Shown here piece by piece: positions 1 through 33,481 of a stretch of DNA of 64,000 bases. Position numbers and translations under genes: made by a program. Source of the DNA: Catajapyx aquilonaris (Eukaryota); NCBI GenBank assembly GCA_000934665.2, contig KZ538383.1:1-64000 (forward strand), written 5' to 3'. How positions within the stretch are numbered: position 1 is the stretch's first letter; the number at the start of each line of letters is the position of its first letter. Under the pieces are notes generated by a model, which worked only from the letters and a program-made list of their open reading frames with translations, ran no database searches and was not told the DNA's origin.

Positions 1-1035
1 TGTGTTCGCCACTGACTGTATCTTTGATGTGGTAGGGGTTGCTACCTAGCGGCCTTGGTAGGAATCAAAACATGTTGTCACGTGGTGAACGGTTTTATTA
101 GTTGATTTAGACTCAGGAAAACTCGTGTGGTTTTTACCCCGTAAAAATGTTGTAAGAATATTCGTGTGAGACAAATGCCGAGTCAGGGAACCAATATGCG
201 AAATGCAAGCCCCATCGAGATATCACGCGTTTGCCCAATCGCGTATCTCTCCCTCTCTCCCTCTCCTCTCTCTCTCACTCTCCCCTAAAAGAGAGACAGG
301 AGCGAGGGGCGGATTCAGGATGGCGTTCGTTGGCAAATCAAGGCCGAACTCTTTCTCCAAACTGATGAAGGTCACCCTTTAGAAGCATTCTTCCATTGAA
401 TGACATATATTAGAGTGGCTGGACAGCAACATTTCGATCCAACTCCCCTGCGTTGCCAAGTTTCATTGATCTGCTCCAATCTAATTGACACGAATCATTG
501 AGCCATGTGGGTGGCCTTTCTTTGCCAGGATAACTTTGAACAGGTCCTTTAAACTTTTAAAGCCCCCCAACTGGTAACGAAAGGAGGTGACGAGAAACAT
601 TCTCCTGTCCCTCAGACACGCGACAACCTACACTGCAGCTGTATATAGGCAGGCGGCACAGGTGGGGCAGAATGGACCATAAAGATTGGGTGGTTGCGTA
701 GAGAGCAGGATATGAACTTGTTGCTATTTACTGTGCAGGTGTAGGACTATCAAAGTCGTCGTCTCATGCGCAATACCCATTATCTCGCTCGTAATATCCT
801 GCTACAGCTCTGTAATCACTGATCTGCATGATGGGCCATGCCGTCTGACTATTGCTGCAGTGTGGGTTGTCTCCTGTTGAGTCTCGTCTGCGTCGTCCCG
901 GTTGGTCCCTCGTCATTTCTCACCCCTACATTTTAGGCTTGTCTTGGGCCAAAAAGTATACACTGGGCAACAGGCTGTCCCACTAGTAACAAAAACCCTG
1001 TATAATTTGCTGCGAGTAATCGTATGTTGTCTCAC

Positions 1036-1238
1036 CTGAATATCTCCGTTGCTTTGTTCCACACCCAATGTGATATTACTGTCTGTGAATGCCCACATAA
1101 ATGGCAAAATATTATTGAATTTCGTCTGGGCTGATTGTTTAATGAATATGAGCCAATTGCGTCCTTGTCTAAAAGCTCCATGACTATTACCCTTGAATGT
1201 AAGGAATTCCCGCATAAAGCATTTCATACATCATCAAC

Positions 1239-1302
<64 letters not shown>

Positions 1303-1834
1303 CTCTACCATTTGGCCTGTGCATACCTGTTTCAAAAGACCTTCTTCGAGAACTGTGTCGTCGTCAACATAGACTAATGACAGCGAGTAAGGATTAAAGA
1401 TGTTATTCACATGCCCAGCAGATATCTTCAGTAGCACTTGCACTCGCAAAGGAGGAGACTCTATCACATCTTGGATTGCGTAAAGCGAATTTAAGATTTC
1501 GGAGTTGTTGCCTGAATGTATTATTTGGGATATAAAAACAAGCAGTTGTGAATACTGGGGACTGTATTATTGGTCTCGTAAATTGACAACACTGTACAGA
1601 GAATTGTGTGATCATTGCATTGCACTATAAATTGTACTTACGTAATGGGTTGAGCCAGATAATTTGCAAGTCGTTCACTCTGTAAAACTTGCAATACTCA
1701 ACAAAAAATGACTGGAAATTATCGGCCTGGCTAGCTTCATATTCTTGGGTGTCCAAAACCTCTCCTACGGAATCCATTTTTGACCCTGTGCAGAGTAACA
1801 CTAGGACTATATCGAAGTACTTTGTAAGCAACAT
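1036..1834 (-). CDS. Partial multi-exon gene; possibly the extracellular N-terminus of a divergent ionotropic receptor
   Basis: Exons 1834-1642, 1511-1327 and 1191-1036 have GT/AG ends and join in frame (phase 1 then 0): MLLTKYFDIVLVLLCTGSK...WLNPLRNNSEILNSL...LLKQGNSHGAFRQGRNWLIFIK...FTDSNITLGVEQSNGDIQ. Hydrophobic N-terminus. No downstream exon found; the product call is weak inference. Confidence 0.5.
1243..1301. repeat. (AAT)n microsatellite
   Basis: Direct reading; lies in a predicted intron. Confidence 0.95.
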
Positions 1835-3129
1835 CTTCGAAACTGAACACTGATCTAATGGCCTGCAATTTGCCAGCGCATGCAGCATGACAGGCTGTTA
1901 TTCGCAGTGGTCTAAGGTAACGACATTGATTTGCTATTGGCCTTTACTAGGAACGAAGGTAGGTCCGAAGACTCAGTAGTAAAGTTATGATAGCAACTTT
2001 CCTGGTATTCCAAAACGGACACTAATATTGAAGCTAATGAAAACGTATACAGTACATTTCTCCACATTTTTATACTTGTGCATTTGTGCTCCTGCTGGAT
2101 ACAAAGAACTGCAGATTTTTTGAACCATAAGTAAGATTTTAGTAATGTTTACCGACACTAAACAATAATATTTCAAAGGCACGTTTTAAAATACTGGATG
2201 TGGTAATGAACTCGGTGAATGACAATCATGTGATAGTCATGCACTGATGTAGATTTTGATGTATCGATTTTTGGAATGACATGCTTATAAATATATTGTC
2301 TGCCCGGCGTAAGATGGTGATGATGATGACCTTCACTATCTACGAGTATTTTGTGTTCGCATGTAGCTCACTATTCCCAAAGGTATGATTTTATTGGTAT
2401 TATATGAGACGAATAAGTGGAACCATCTTGCATATTTTACGTAATGTTAGGCTCAGTAATTACTAGTGTCACCTTTTTTCTTGGGAGTTTTCTGCATGAT
2501 ACTTTCTCCTCAGTGCTGGGTGCGTGTTTGGGTGTATTACATCCATTCGAAAGAAAATATCATTTGGTTGTTTATACGTAGCATAGCATGAATGGTGGCA
2601 GGTATATACAGTACCGGTAATTATTTTTGTGATTGCTCAGTTTTAAATCATCATCGTTTTCCTCCTTATAATAACGGATATCATGCGGCCTGTTGGGTGA
2701 TCCACTTTTAACTGCCCGACTTTATATTTTATAACTTAAATGAGGATGCATTTTGGAAGTGGGAGGAACTAACCCATGCTAATACAGAGCGATCACATCA
2801 AAACTCTTTCCAAAAGAGAAATGCTGTTGTTGTGAGGAAAATAAAGTAGCATAAACTCACGCATATTTGCATGCCATTTTTATTTATTAGTGTCATGCAG
2901 TACATCGACTTACAAAGATAAAATGTAACCCTCAATTTAAGTGATTATCTCCATCTCTGCTGGCGGCCAGTGCTGTATTAATAGTACCATGACAGTATTC
3001 TGAAATCAAAGAGTTAGATATCTGTTCAGTAGCAAAAAACGTGTAACATGTAGAGGTTATTAAGATAATATTGTTCAGTATAGGGTGTCATTACATTGTT
3101 ATCGCTGTTTCGGGATCGGCATCAACTTG

Positions 3130-4143
3130 TTATGCAGTAGGGGGTGCGTCAGTCAACCATCCAGTGCAATCTGCTGATCCACACACCATCTGAAAGCAAA
3201 TACATTTTTAGAGGGTATATTGCATTGCAATAGTAGGCTACTATACTATGAAGCATCTGCAGAGGCCTAAAAATTATTACATTATTATGGGTCTGAATTC
3301 TTACTTGAAGCAGTTCTCCTTCAACAAGTTTGAAAGTCTCCTTGAGGAAGCTGCTAGCATCATTGCCACACGACTTCTGGACTACTTCATTGGTGCAGAA
3401 TTGGAACTGGCTCACAGAACTGCAGTGTAATGAAGAAAATAATGTTAGTTTCAATATTAATATTACTTGTAATAATTATTGTATTGTTGTTGACCTACCA
3501 GCAGAGCTTCTGGAGGTCAATATTATGAAGGAGAGGCAAAACATTCTTTTCCAGTTCTTCAGTGCAGGGAGCGGCATCCTTCATGTTTTGATTGAAGCAT
3601 TCAGCTGACTTCAGGTACACTTAAGAAAACAAAGCAATATCATTCGTCTTTGTCGCATGCAATAAAAAGAAACCATCAGGCATACTCACAGTTCTGGAAA
3701 TCACCTCCTGTGGTGCAAATCTTAGTCACAAAATCGTTAACTCCTTGAAGTGCCATGGGTATGAGGGGCTGGATGGATTCTGGGACACATGGCTTCACAA
3801 TATTTTCGATGTTTGTTACCAGTGAAGGAGCAAGGCTATTCAAGGAGAATAAAATATCAATTACTTATTGTCCCCAAATCAACTGTAAATATCATGTTAA
3901 ATACCTGCAGTCGTGGCTTAGTTCATCGGGGTTCAAAGGAATGTGTCCCTGAGAGCCAAACACTTTGCTGAATGCATCGGACACCTCCTGTGCCACTAGT
4001 TTAAAGTCGCATTCAGCCACAGGGCTGGAAGATGTGCTTCCTACAAAGAAACATGCAATTAGTGAGATATAACCAACTTACCCACACCATGTATTACCAG
4101 AAACCACAAGCAACAGCAAGGACAAGAATTTAGCAGCCACCAT
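3130..4143 (-). CDS. Secreted 12-cysteine protein, 207 aa, paralog A (DUF19/T20D4.11-like or DUF1397-like arthropod family)
   Basis: Exons 4143-4098, 4040-3905, 3835-3690, 3619-3499, 3419-3305, 3189-3130 total 624 nt, open, GT-AG introns. MVAAKFLSLLLLVVSG...FGSQGHIPLNPDELSHDC...ICTTGGDFQNLYLKSAECF...LCCSVSQFQFC...MVCGSADCTGWLTDAPPTA*. Structure confirmed by the paralog; family name is inference. Confidence 0.88.
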
Positions 4144-4791
4144 CTTTGTCAGAGTTTTTACTGAACAGAGACCGAGACTACGCCTGAATACCATTAAATA
4201 GGCTCAACAAGAGTTTATCTTATCTGGACTTATTCATCATTGTTGACGGGTTAATACTTAATCCGCTTTGTTATGCAATGACAACGACACCCGTTACAAT
4301 GGCTGTTGCCATAATAATGCAAAGTATCTCATGCTAGTCTTGCTTCCGAGGGACTCATAGTTTAGGACTGCAAAAACATCCGATAATGTTGTCGCATTGA
4401 ACGTTGTGAATTATATGAATATGATATGAATGTACAAATAATCCTTCAGGTTGCGTTATAATGTAGCCTAATAATCCTGGGATTAACTTATATAATAATC
4501 AGTTCTGCATTATGATATGACCAAGGGTATATGACGTTATTTTTGTTATCGCAGTTATATTTATGGTGGATTACTATAAATCCTCGAATAGTCTTCATCT
4601 GTCTGCAGTAAACGTTTTTCTGTATCTTATCTATAAGATGTATCATCCACATGTAAGCCTTTTCTTCATCTGTGTGTTCATATATCAATCTTGCTCTACA
4701 CCTGACGCAACTCGTCATCAAGGGGTTAGAATTTTTAATAACTTGCTAGCCCAGTGTACTGTATAGATCACCTGCATATGCTCGGGTGACA

Positions 4792-4940
4792 GGGCGGCAT
4801 GATGGTGTAGGGCTGTAGGCTATATAGTAGTTAATGATACAGCCACACCACCTATATACGCGCTCCCGAGTTCAATCCTATAGGCAGACCATGGCTTTTG
4901 TCACATGGAAATAGTTTCAATGGATTCTCCCGTTCTTCCT
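4792..4940 (+). mobile_element. Degenerate tRNA-headed SINE, family 1
   Basis: GGGCGGCATGATGGTGTAG head, B-box GAGTTCAATCC and AGTTTCAATGGATTCTC body resemble the 17917 and 45552 copies. Confidence 0.55.
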
Positions 4941-5157
4941 ATTCATTGTCTATTAATAGTCTCCCCTGCCCTTTCTTGCTCCGACTAATGGCCTTAGGTG
5001 CCTCAGCTCCCGAATAAGCCACACCAACCTGTTACAGTCGTTGATTGTGTATATATGCGGATCGATTACAATACAAGACAAACTGTTACTGATTTGTTAG
5101 AGGCTGTTACGGAAGGGAACAGTAATGTTCATTATGATTGTACTGTACGGTCGGTTT

Positions 5158-5245
5158 TGGGTGGCATAGTGGTTATGCCTCTGTTCAGCCAAGCGGAAGA
5201 TCCGGGATTCAAATCCCGTCCCCCGTCACCCTCGCTTGAACAGGT
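5158..5245 (+). mobile_element. SINE family 2 head fragment
   Basis: TAGTGGTTA...CAGCCAAGCGGAAG...GATTCAAATCCCGTCCCCCGTCACC matches the reverse complement of 36660-36745. Confidence 0.6.
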
Positions 5246-5672
5246 CACTGACAATCAAACGATTCAATAATATTATTATTGCACTAAATGCGGAAAATAT
5301 TCCGCAACAGAAAGAGAATTATTTCATTTTTTGTGCATAACAAGATTTGTGGTGGTCGCGTTAGTGGGAATAACTTATCAGGCCTGTATACTGGCAGTGA
5401 GAGTCAAGTAGTTATTGCGTTTGTGACTGATGAGAGGAGTGAGAGCATGCAAGTTACAATATTAATGCTGTCCCTGGTAATCCGCAACCATGTTTTTAGA
5501 TGTCATTGCGATTTCAGAATAAAGGTCGTATTGTATAATACGCGTACGTCAGAGATATCAATGGTGTTAAAGTGATTACCTGCAGATTAGATATATAACG
5601 CCCCTGAGAGTTATTTATGTGGAATCGTACGATTTTCTGTGATCACTATTTTGCAGGAATTCAAGAGTGAAG

Positions 5673-7789
5673 ATGATCACTGCAAATATTTTACCTCATA
5701 TACTGCTATTGGTGATAACAGGTCTGTTTGCAATGACGTTCTCGGCATTTTAATCTACAGTACATTGAGTCTAATCAATATTATTGTATTATTTCTAAGA
5801 AAGATTCAATCAATATGCCCAATACAAACGTGTATTACGCTCGTATATTAAAACTGCATTACGCAGCTTAAATAATGATAAGGAAATATTGTAATAACTG
5901 ATTGGTATAGTAATAATACTCGTACCGGTATATTCGCTTCTTTTTATCAGCAGGTGCGTTTTCGAGCCCAGTGTCCGATTGTGATGTCACTTCTGTGGAA
6001 CAACAGATTGCAGATTTAGTAACAAAGACATTTGGCTCTCAGGGGCACATTCCACTAAATGTTGATGAATTGAACCATGACTGCATGTATGTGATATTTT
6101 ATCAAATTTGCTGAAGTTTTTTTGGAGGTTTTAAAATACACTACTGACGATGGTTAAACTAATTATTGCATATATACCACAACAGATTAGCTTATTCACT
6201 GGTGACTAAAATAGTCGAAATTGTCAAGCCATGCATCCCAGATGATATGCAGCAATATCTGCCTGTTGCACTACAAGGTGTCAATGATTTTATCAGTGAG
6301 ATTTGCACCTCCGGAGGTGACTTCCAAAACTGTGAGTAGCTGGACTAAAAATCACTCATAATGATTTACTAAATAATGCGGAACGCAACATGTTGTCTTG
6401 CAGTGTACTTAAAAGAGGCTGGTTGTTTTAATGATCACATGTCAGAGGCTGGGCCCTGTGTTCAGCAAGTGGCAAAGGAGCTGCTTCCCATCATTCAGAA
6501 TCCTGATGCCACACAGTTCTGCTGGTGAGTAGCCTATTTATGTCTACATGAATGTGATGGATGTCTTACAGGTATATCACTAGCCAATTACTCTTAATGT
6601 GGATAAAAATGCGACTTTTAATACAAGGATATCATGCCTTTATGCGATATAATATATTGAAGCTCTATAATGCCTTCTATTCTGATTCCTGCTCTATTTT
6701 CTGTTATGCAGTTCTGTTAACCAATTCGACTTTTGCATGGGTGAGGTAGCAGAAAAAACTTGCGGAGTAGACGCTAAGACCTTCATGAAGAAGACCTTCA
6801 AGCTGATTGAAGGGGTATTGTTTCCGGTAAGATTTTTGCATTGCATTATGACTGTATGTTTTTTCCTCCTATATTGTATACAAAATCGTCCCAAGCCTGT
6901 CTGGTGCGATGTCATGGGATAGCCTAATATCCTAAGGACTGGGTTATTCTAAACTATTTCTATCCAGAAGGGGACCAATTCAATGTTAATTTGCATAATA
7001 TGGACCAGGAGAATGGTTGATCTTCTGAAACATAATTAGGGTCCAGTACAACAAAGCTAGTTATGTTGAAATCTGGTAACGTAAGGGGGTCGTATGAGGT
7101 GGTAAAGTTGGAAAGATTGCATAATATTATATTCGACAAATTTTTAACTGACTGAACTGACAGTTGTTTAATTGACCTATCGACATGCTAACTTAAACTT
7201 CAGTTAACTATTAAAAGTCGGTTAAAAGGATAATGGAGAAACTGCACCTGAGTAGGGCACAGCGGATTAGCTGCAGTTGAAGCTCTGAACAGCGTGTATT
7301 TTTTTGTTTTCTTCTGTTATTATACTGATTGGCCTTGCTATACCCAAACATGTGATTTGCATGGGGTACGGAGAGAGTGTTGTATTTCCGAATTGAATTT
7401 GATAACTTACGAGTATGTTTTGGGCAGGCCTAATCCAGCATTCAGAGAAGTTACCTTTTGACAGGTTAGCACATTAGTGTCATTACTCTCATATCAACAT
7501 TAATATCTATAGTTAGTTAGTCTTAAGCAGTTTCGGTCTGTTTTCAACTCTGAGTAACTTATTTTAACCTCAAATAAGCTTGAAGATCTGCTTATACACT
7601 GAGCGTGCATTGATCCACCAGGATGACCCTGATGCTGCTGGGTCTCAGTGGACTTAATATAGCTACAGGGTAACAAGCTCTTGCATGGCAGTAATTTCGG
7701 ATTTAACCCCAGCATTGTTATGTCCTCAGATGATCTGTGCACAGGAAGACTGCTCTGGATGGTTGACGGATGCACCTCCTTCTGCCTGA
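5673..7789 (+). CDS. Secreted 12-cysteine protein, 208 aa, paralog B
   Basis: Exons 5673-5721, 5951-6086, 6186-6331, 6404-6524, 6712-6826, 7730-7789 total 627 nt, open. Exons 2-6 are the same length as in paralog A (136/146/121/115/60). MITANILPHILLLVITAGAFS...FGSQGHIPLNVDELNHDC...MICAQEDCSGWLTDAPPSA*. AATAAA at 7979. Confidence 0.88.
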
Positions 7790-8759
7790 AGTGATGGAAT
7801 AGTTCTGCAGAGGTTCTACAGTACTAATAATCAGGGCGACGGAAATGCGAGATATATGTTCTCACATTCGATTCGCATTTCATAAACATTAGACTTGCAA
7901 TATTTGTATATAATTACCGTATTATCAATGATTATGTCAAGAAATGCACCAAATGACATCATTATCTGCCTTGTAGTAAATAAAATATTATTACCTTCCA
8001 TTTTGGTGTTGATATAAATAATAATAAGCTACCTTTTGCTGTATTATTTGAAAAATATACGTGTATCGTTCTTTATTTCAAGAAATACACACCCGATAAC
8101 ATCCTTATATTTTACAAGGTTCCTTCTGAGAATGCCCTCTCACCATGATAATATACATAATCTCAATAATGCAACCATGAAAATTATAATGAGCAAACAA
8201 CGCAATCCACTCACGATACTGCATGGAAGAGTACCGGTCGGTACCATAGCGGGTTTTTTTTTTTTACAATCTTGTGACAAACATTTCTTCTGATGCCAGG
8301 TTGTAACTTATGCTATACAACTGCATATAATAAATGTGATTATTTTGAATTATTTTTTTAGTTTTAGAACATAGGACTACAGTTGCCATACATGGCTTAT
8401 TACTAGGATAATTTAGACCTGGAAAATTGTGTCCATCAGACATGTACACTGACTTGTTATGCACTTGTAAAGGCCTTTAAAAGGCGCATAGTTGTGTTCG
8501 GAGCAATATATTACTGTAATAAAAAATAAGCGTTATTATAATAAGTTATATGGGGCTCCAGTTATTTCAAGCTATTTTGCAACGTCCTTCTTAGTTGCGT
8601 CGACTGCATTCAGCACCAATACTGTATGATGGATGCTGCAAGAAGAAGAAGAGACGAGAGTAGTAGAGAACAGTAGAGAAAACCATATAATACTCCTGTA
8701 AAAAGCGTGAGTGAAGGTTTACGCAATCAGGTTCGTCATTTTTTTTATTTTTAACAGTT

Positions 8760-9003
8760 GAAGGGCTTAAGTCAAAATGGCTGTAAGTGCCAAAAAAGTT
8801 GAGTTATGTGTGCGAAAGTGATGTATATGCCATGCTTAATAAGGTCAGAATGGATGCATGTACAAGAAACATCCTGTGTAGTTCATATTCCTCGCCAGAC
8901 TTTTGGGATGTGTGATGTTAACAGTACCTTCCTCAAACGCATTTGGTTGATTTCCCAAATGTCTTCTTCTTGGCACTTACAGCCATTTTGACTTAAGCCC
9001 TTC
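8760..9003. mobile_element. MITE with 4-bp TSD (Sola-like)
   Basis: TIR GAAGGGCTTAAGTCAAAATGGCTGTAAGTGCCAA at both ends; AGTT on both flanks. Confidence 0.8.
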
Positions 9004-9939
9004 AGTTAACACCATATTCTCTGAGAGAATTCCGCACGTTTTCCATGCATATTTGGCCTTGTTTTCCCTATAGACCACGTCAGTGATTTACTGAGGGTCT
9101 TTGTCTCTGAACAGGAATGCTGCTCTCCTCATAATGGCAATGTAATGAGGGCAACAGTATGATATGTACCGAATTCTTCTATAGTTCACTGTCCTACACC
9201 TTTAAAAACGCAAAAGAAACCAGACTGAGGCCTTACACCCTAGCATCCTCTTGTGCAAATAAAAATGCAGTTACAATAATCTATGTTATTTGAGAGACAC
9301 AATCCTTCGATGATATCCAAACCACTCATTTTATCCTCAATCTCACAATAAAGAAGGATGTTGGTAGGCTACTTATATTATTTACGCCTTCTGATGGTTT
9401 GGGTTGTTTGATATTTTGTACCAACACCCATATTATGTGCTACACACAGTATAATATTTGCATGACCGATTTCATAGGGGATTAGAGGGATCTTCGCTCT
9501 GAAAACTAAAAGATAACTTGGAAGATAGGTACATCGACTGGCTGTGGCATTTATGTACAAGGTTCATTTTGAACATTTGAACTGTTCAACAATTGATAAT
9601 ATGCCATGAATGCGAGGGGATTTGCCCGACAAATTGGTAAAATTCCTCACTTAAGTACTTGTGGATAAATGCTTCCGCCCTGATAAGATGGGACGGAATG
9701 GGGAAGATGTTTACAAAAACGGCATGAGAATGTGCGTAGGCTACTTTATCATATAGTTTTACTTTTTAGCCAGTCCAGAAAGTTATGGCTCTTTGGGCGT
9801 AAAAAGTAGCCTACTTCAAGAATTCTTCTAAAAAGCAACATTGCAACTTGCTGGTACAGTGCAGACCATACCAAGAATAAATTAATACTAGGCACCAACT
9901 TGTCAAAATTTGGCAAAAAATTAGGTAAAAGTGCGAAAG

Positions 9940-9942
<3 letters not shown>

Positions 9943-9982
<40 letters not shown>
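9943..9982. repeat. (AG)n microsatellite
   Basis: Direct reading. Confidence 0.95.
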
Positions 9983-9985
<3 letters not shown>

Positions 9986-10645
9986 CGCAGCAGGCAGCAG
10001 CATCGAAGCGACATCCGACGGTGAAGAGCAGAAGTAAGACGGTGAAGTGCGGAATAAGCCGCAGTCGCCACCCAAGAGGTGGCGCCCGGAACGGCAGAAT
10101 TAGGGATTCCGTGGCCTTTTTTGTGCGTTTTTTGAGTTTTACAAAATCCCTCGACACCGTTTCAAAAAAAAAAAAAAGTTTGGAAATATAGAAAACGCGG
10201 GAATTTTTTAAAGACTACTCCCAATGCTGTATGCCCTATTGTGCGGGAGGAGTTATGGGAACAGTCGGGTATTAATAATATAGATTAATGTTGTAGGTTC
10301 ATATATGGAGGTAGATAAATTATCGAACTCCCCTTGAAACTGTAGCTACTACTGCACGCAATCACCATCAATTAAGGCATTTTGTCATACCGTGGGAGAA
10401 GATTTTGGATGCCTGCGTCGAGGGTACTCGACGTTAGTTCACCCTGCCTGTCAAAAATTTTACTGACTTGATAGGTAGCCTATATTATACAGTCTCGGAT
10501 AAGCAGATTTGAAGCTGAAATTAGCCTCCTAGAGAGGCGATCCTTCCTCTACCTCACGAGTCGTGATGAGGAGGGATGATCTCTCTTGGTGGCTAATTTA
10601 AGCTCCATGCCTGCTCCTTACTCCTGCCTGCAACTGTTCACAATA

Positions 10646-10698
10646 AGATTTTGCATCAAATCATTTCCACTTAGTGGAAATGATTTGATGCAAAATCT
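10646..10698. repeat. Perfect palindrome, 26-bp arms, 1-nt spacer
   Basis: AGATTTTGCATCAAATCATTTCCACT-T-AGTGGAAATGATTTGATGCAAAATCT. Confidence 0.9.
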
Positions 10699-10754
10699 GG
10701 CACATTGCATGGAAAATTCTTAGAGATGATGCCAAGAGTAGACTACTCTGTTAA

Positions 10755-11172
10755 AGGGACACTCCACTCAAAAAACAAGTTTGGCTTTAAAAATCGGGCA
10801 AAAAATCCCGAATCCGAAGGTGCAATCCGTTTTTCGCTACGCGGAACGGTAATCACAGGGCGAGGGGCCAAAGTGGGGAAATTCAAATAGTGCGCTAGAA
10901 GCTGGCCGTCCGCCAGCGACGCGACGCCCTCGGGACCTTGGGAACTGGAGGGTTGCTCCCGCCTGAACGCGCGCTTAGGCCCACCCCAGAGCGGTGTAGC
11001 CCTCCAGTTCCCCTATTCCCCGCGTGGCGGCGCCACTCATTAGCAGACGACACACTTTGACACCTCGCCCTGGGATTACCGTTCCGCGTAGCGAAAAACG
11101 AATTGCACCGTCGGATTCAGGATTTTTGCCCGATTTTTAGAGCCAAACTTGTCTTTTGAGCGGAGTGTCCCT
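10755..11172. mobile_element. Non-autonomous Kolobok-like DNA transposon
   Basis: About 110-bp imperfect TIRs starting AGGGACACTCC; TTAA on both flanks; purine-purine termini. Confidence 0.85.
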
Positions 11173-11184
11173 TTAAAAGGATCG

Positions 11185-11813
11185 GGCACAAAATATATGG
11201 GCGAGTGGCCTTCCGTTCGATTTGCCTGAAAATTGGATATGTTGTGGCCCAGACCATCCTGATCAATGTTAGATAGGGACATTTCGAGGTAGGACCTACA
11301 GGGAGCGTACTATTGACCTCCGAAGGTCATATGGGATATGCTCTGGTTTTCCGTTCGATTTGGCTGAAAATAGGATATGCTGCAGCCCAGACCATCCTGA
11401 TCAATGTTGGATAGGGACATTTCGAGGTAGGACCTACAGGGAGCATGCTAATTGCTATTCATCGAAGAGGCTAGAAGACTGCTGTGAGAGAAACCTCGCT
11501 TCCTTACATTGACCCAATGAATGTTGAAGTGCAGCTGGAGGAAACTCCAGATGACAACCTTCGAGGAGTAGAATTTGAACCAGATGAATAGTTAATAAAG
11601 ATTAATAGATAATCTAATGCAATAACCATTGAGTTCCTGAGACTTATTGTAGTCTACTACTCCCCCTATTACCTGCGGAGGTCATTAGCATGTTCCCTGT
11701 AGGTCCTACCTCGAAATGTCCCTATCCAACATTGATCAGGATGGTCTGGGCTGCAACATATCCCATTTTCAGGCAAATCGAACGGAAGGCCACTCGCCCA
11801 TATATTTTGTGCC
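11185..11813. mobile_element. Unclassified long-TIR DNA element
   Basis: About 140-bp TIR starting GGCACAAAATATATGGGCGAGTGG; part of the left arm is duplicated in tandem (~11350-11450); TSD not resolved. Confidence 0.8.
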
Positions 11814-12507
11814 TCCTCCTTTCCGAGTGTAAGGGGGATGACAATGCTATTGGTTCATTAGGATCAGGTATTACCAGGAGTGGTATTACCATAGTCATAA
11901 TGGCCAATCCATCACAAATCGTTTATCACTCGTACGGTAGACCGTATTAGGCGCCACTCAGTGACAATGCGCCACTCAGTGTTGAATCACCTAACTACTC
12001 TCTAACCATTTACGTCTGCTAATACTATTACACCCCTAATAGGACTACTCCAGTAACGCGCACACACACGAGTAAAATACGGGCACATTTTAATCCGCTA
12101 ATCCCGGCATGTAAAACCACTCCCACAATCCATCATGCCCAATTTAATCCGCATAAACTCCCGGTCACATCTTTCCCCCACAATTTCACACAGTTGTACT
12201 GCCAACCACAAGGTGCAGCACATTAGCTCAACCTTCCTACGGGCAAAAAGATCCCACGTTTCTCCCGCCATCTATGAGCCAGCTTTTACATCTCTATTCT
12301 GGCAGACTTGGCCATCCCCATAAGGGTGAGCATCCGTAGTGTGTCGCCGCATTGACCTGCGTAGTCGCAGCATAGGTGTTCCCCACCCATTGACGTCGGC
12401 ATAGTGGAAGTGGTGGCTGCTCTAGTACATTTCACTGCCCCTTACTCGTTGGCCCCTTGGGCTGCCCCACCCTTGCTGTCAGGCCGACTTGCTGCGGAGG
12501 TGACACC

Positions 12508-33481
<20,974 letters not shown>

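Noticed and set aside
340..1030. Next exon of the receptor-like gene
   Set aside because: The best phase-0 candidate (near 570) stops after about 29 codons without a convincing donor.
9749..10191. Low-complexity ORFs (poly-ER/SL here; poly-N, -I, -M elsewhere)
   Set aside because: Translations of microsatellites.
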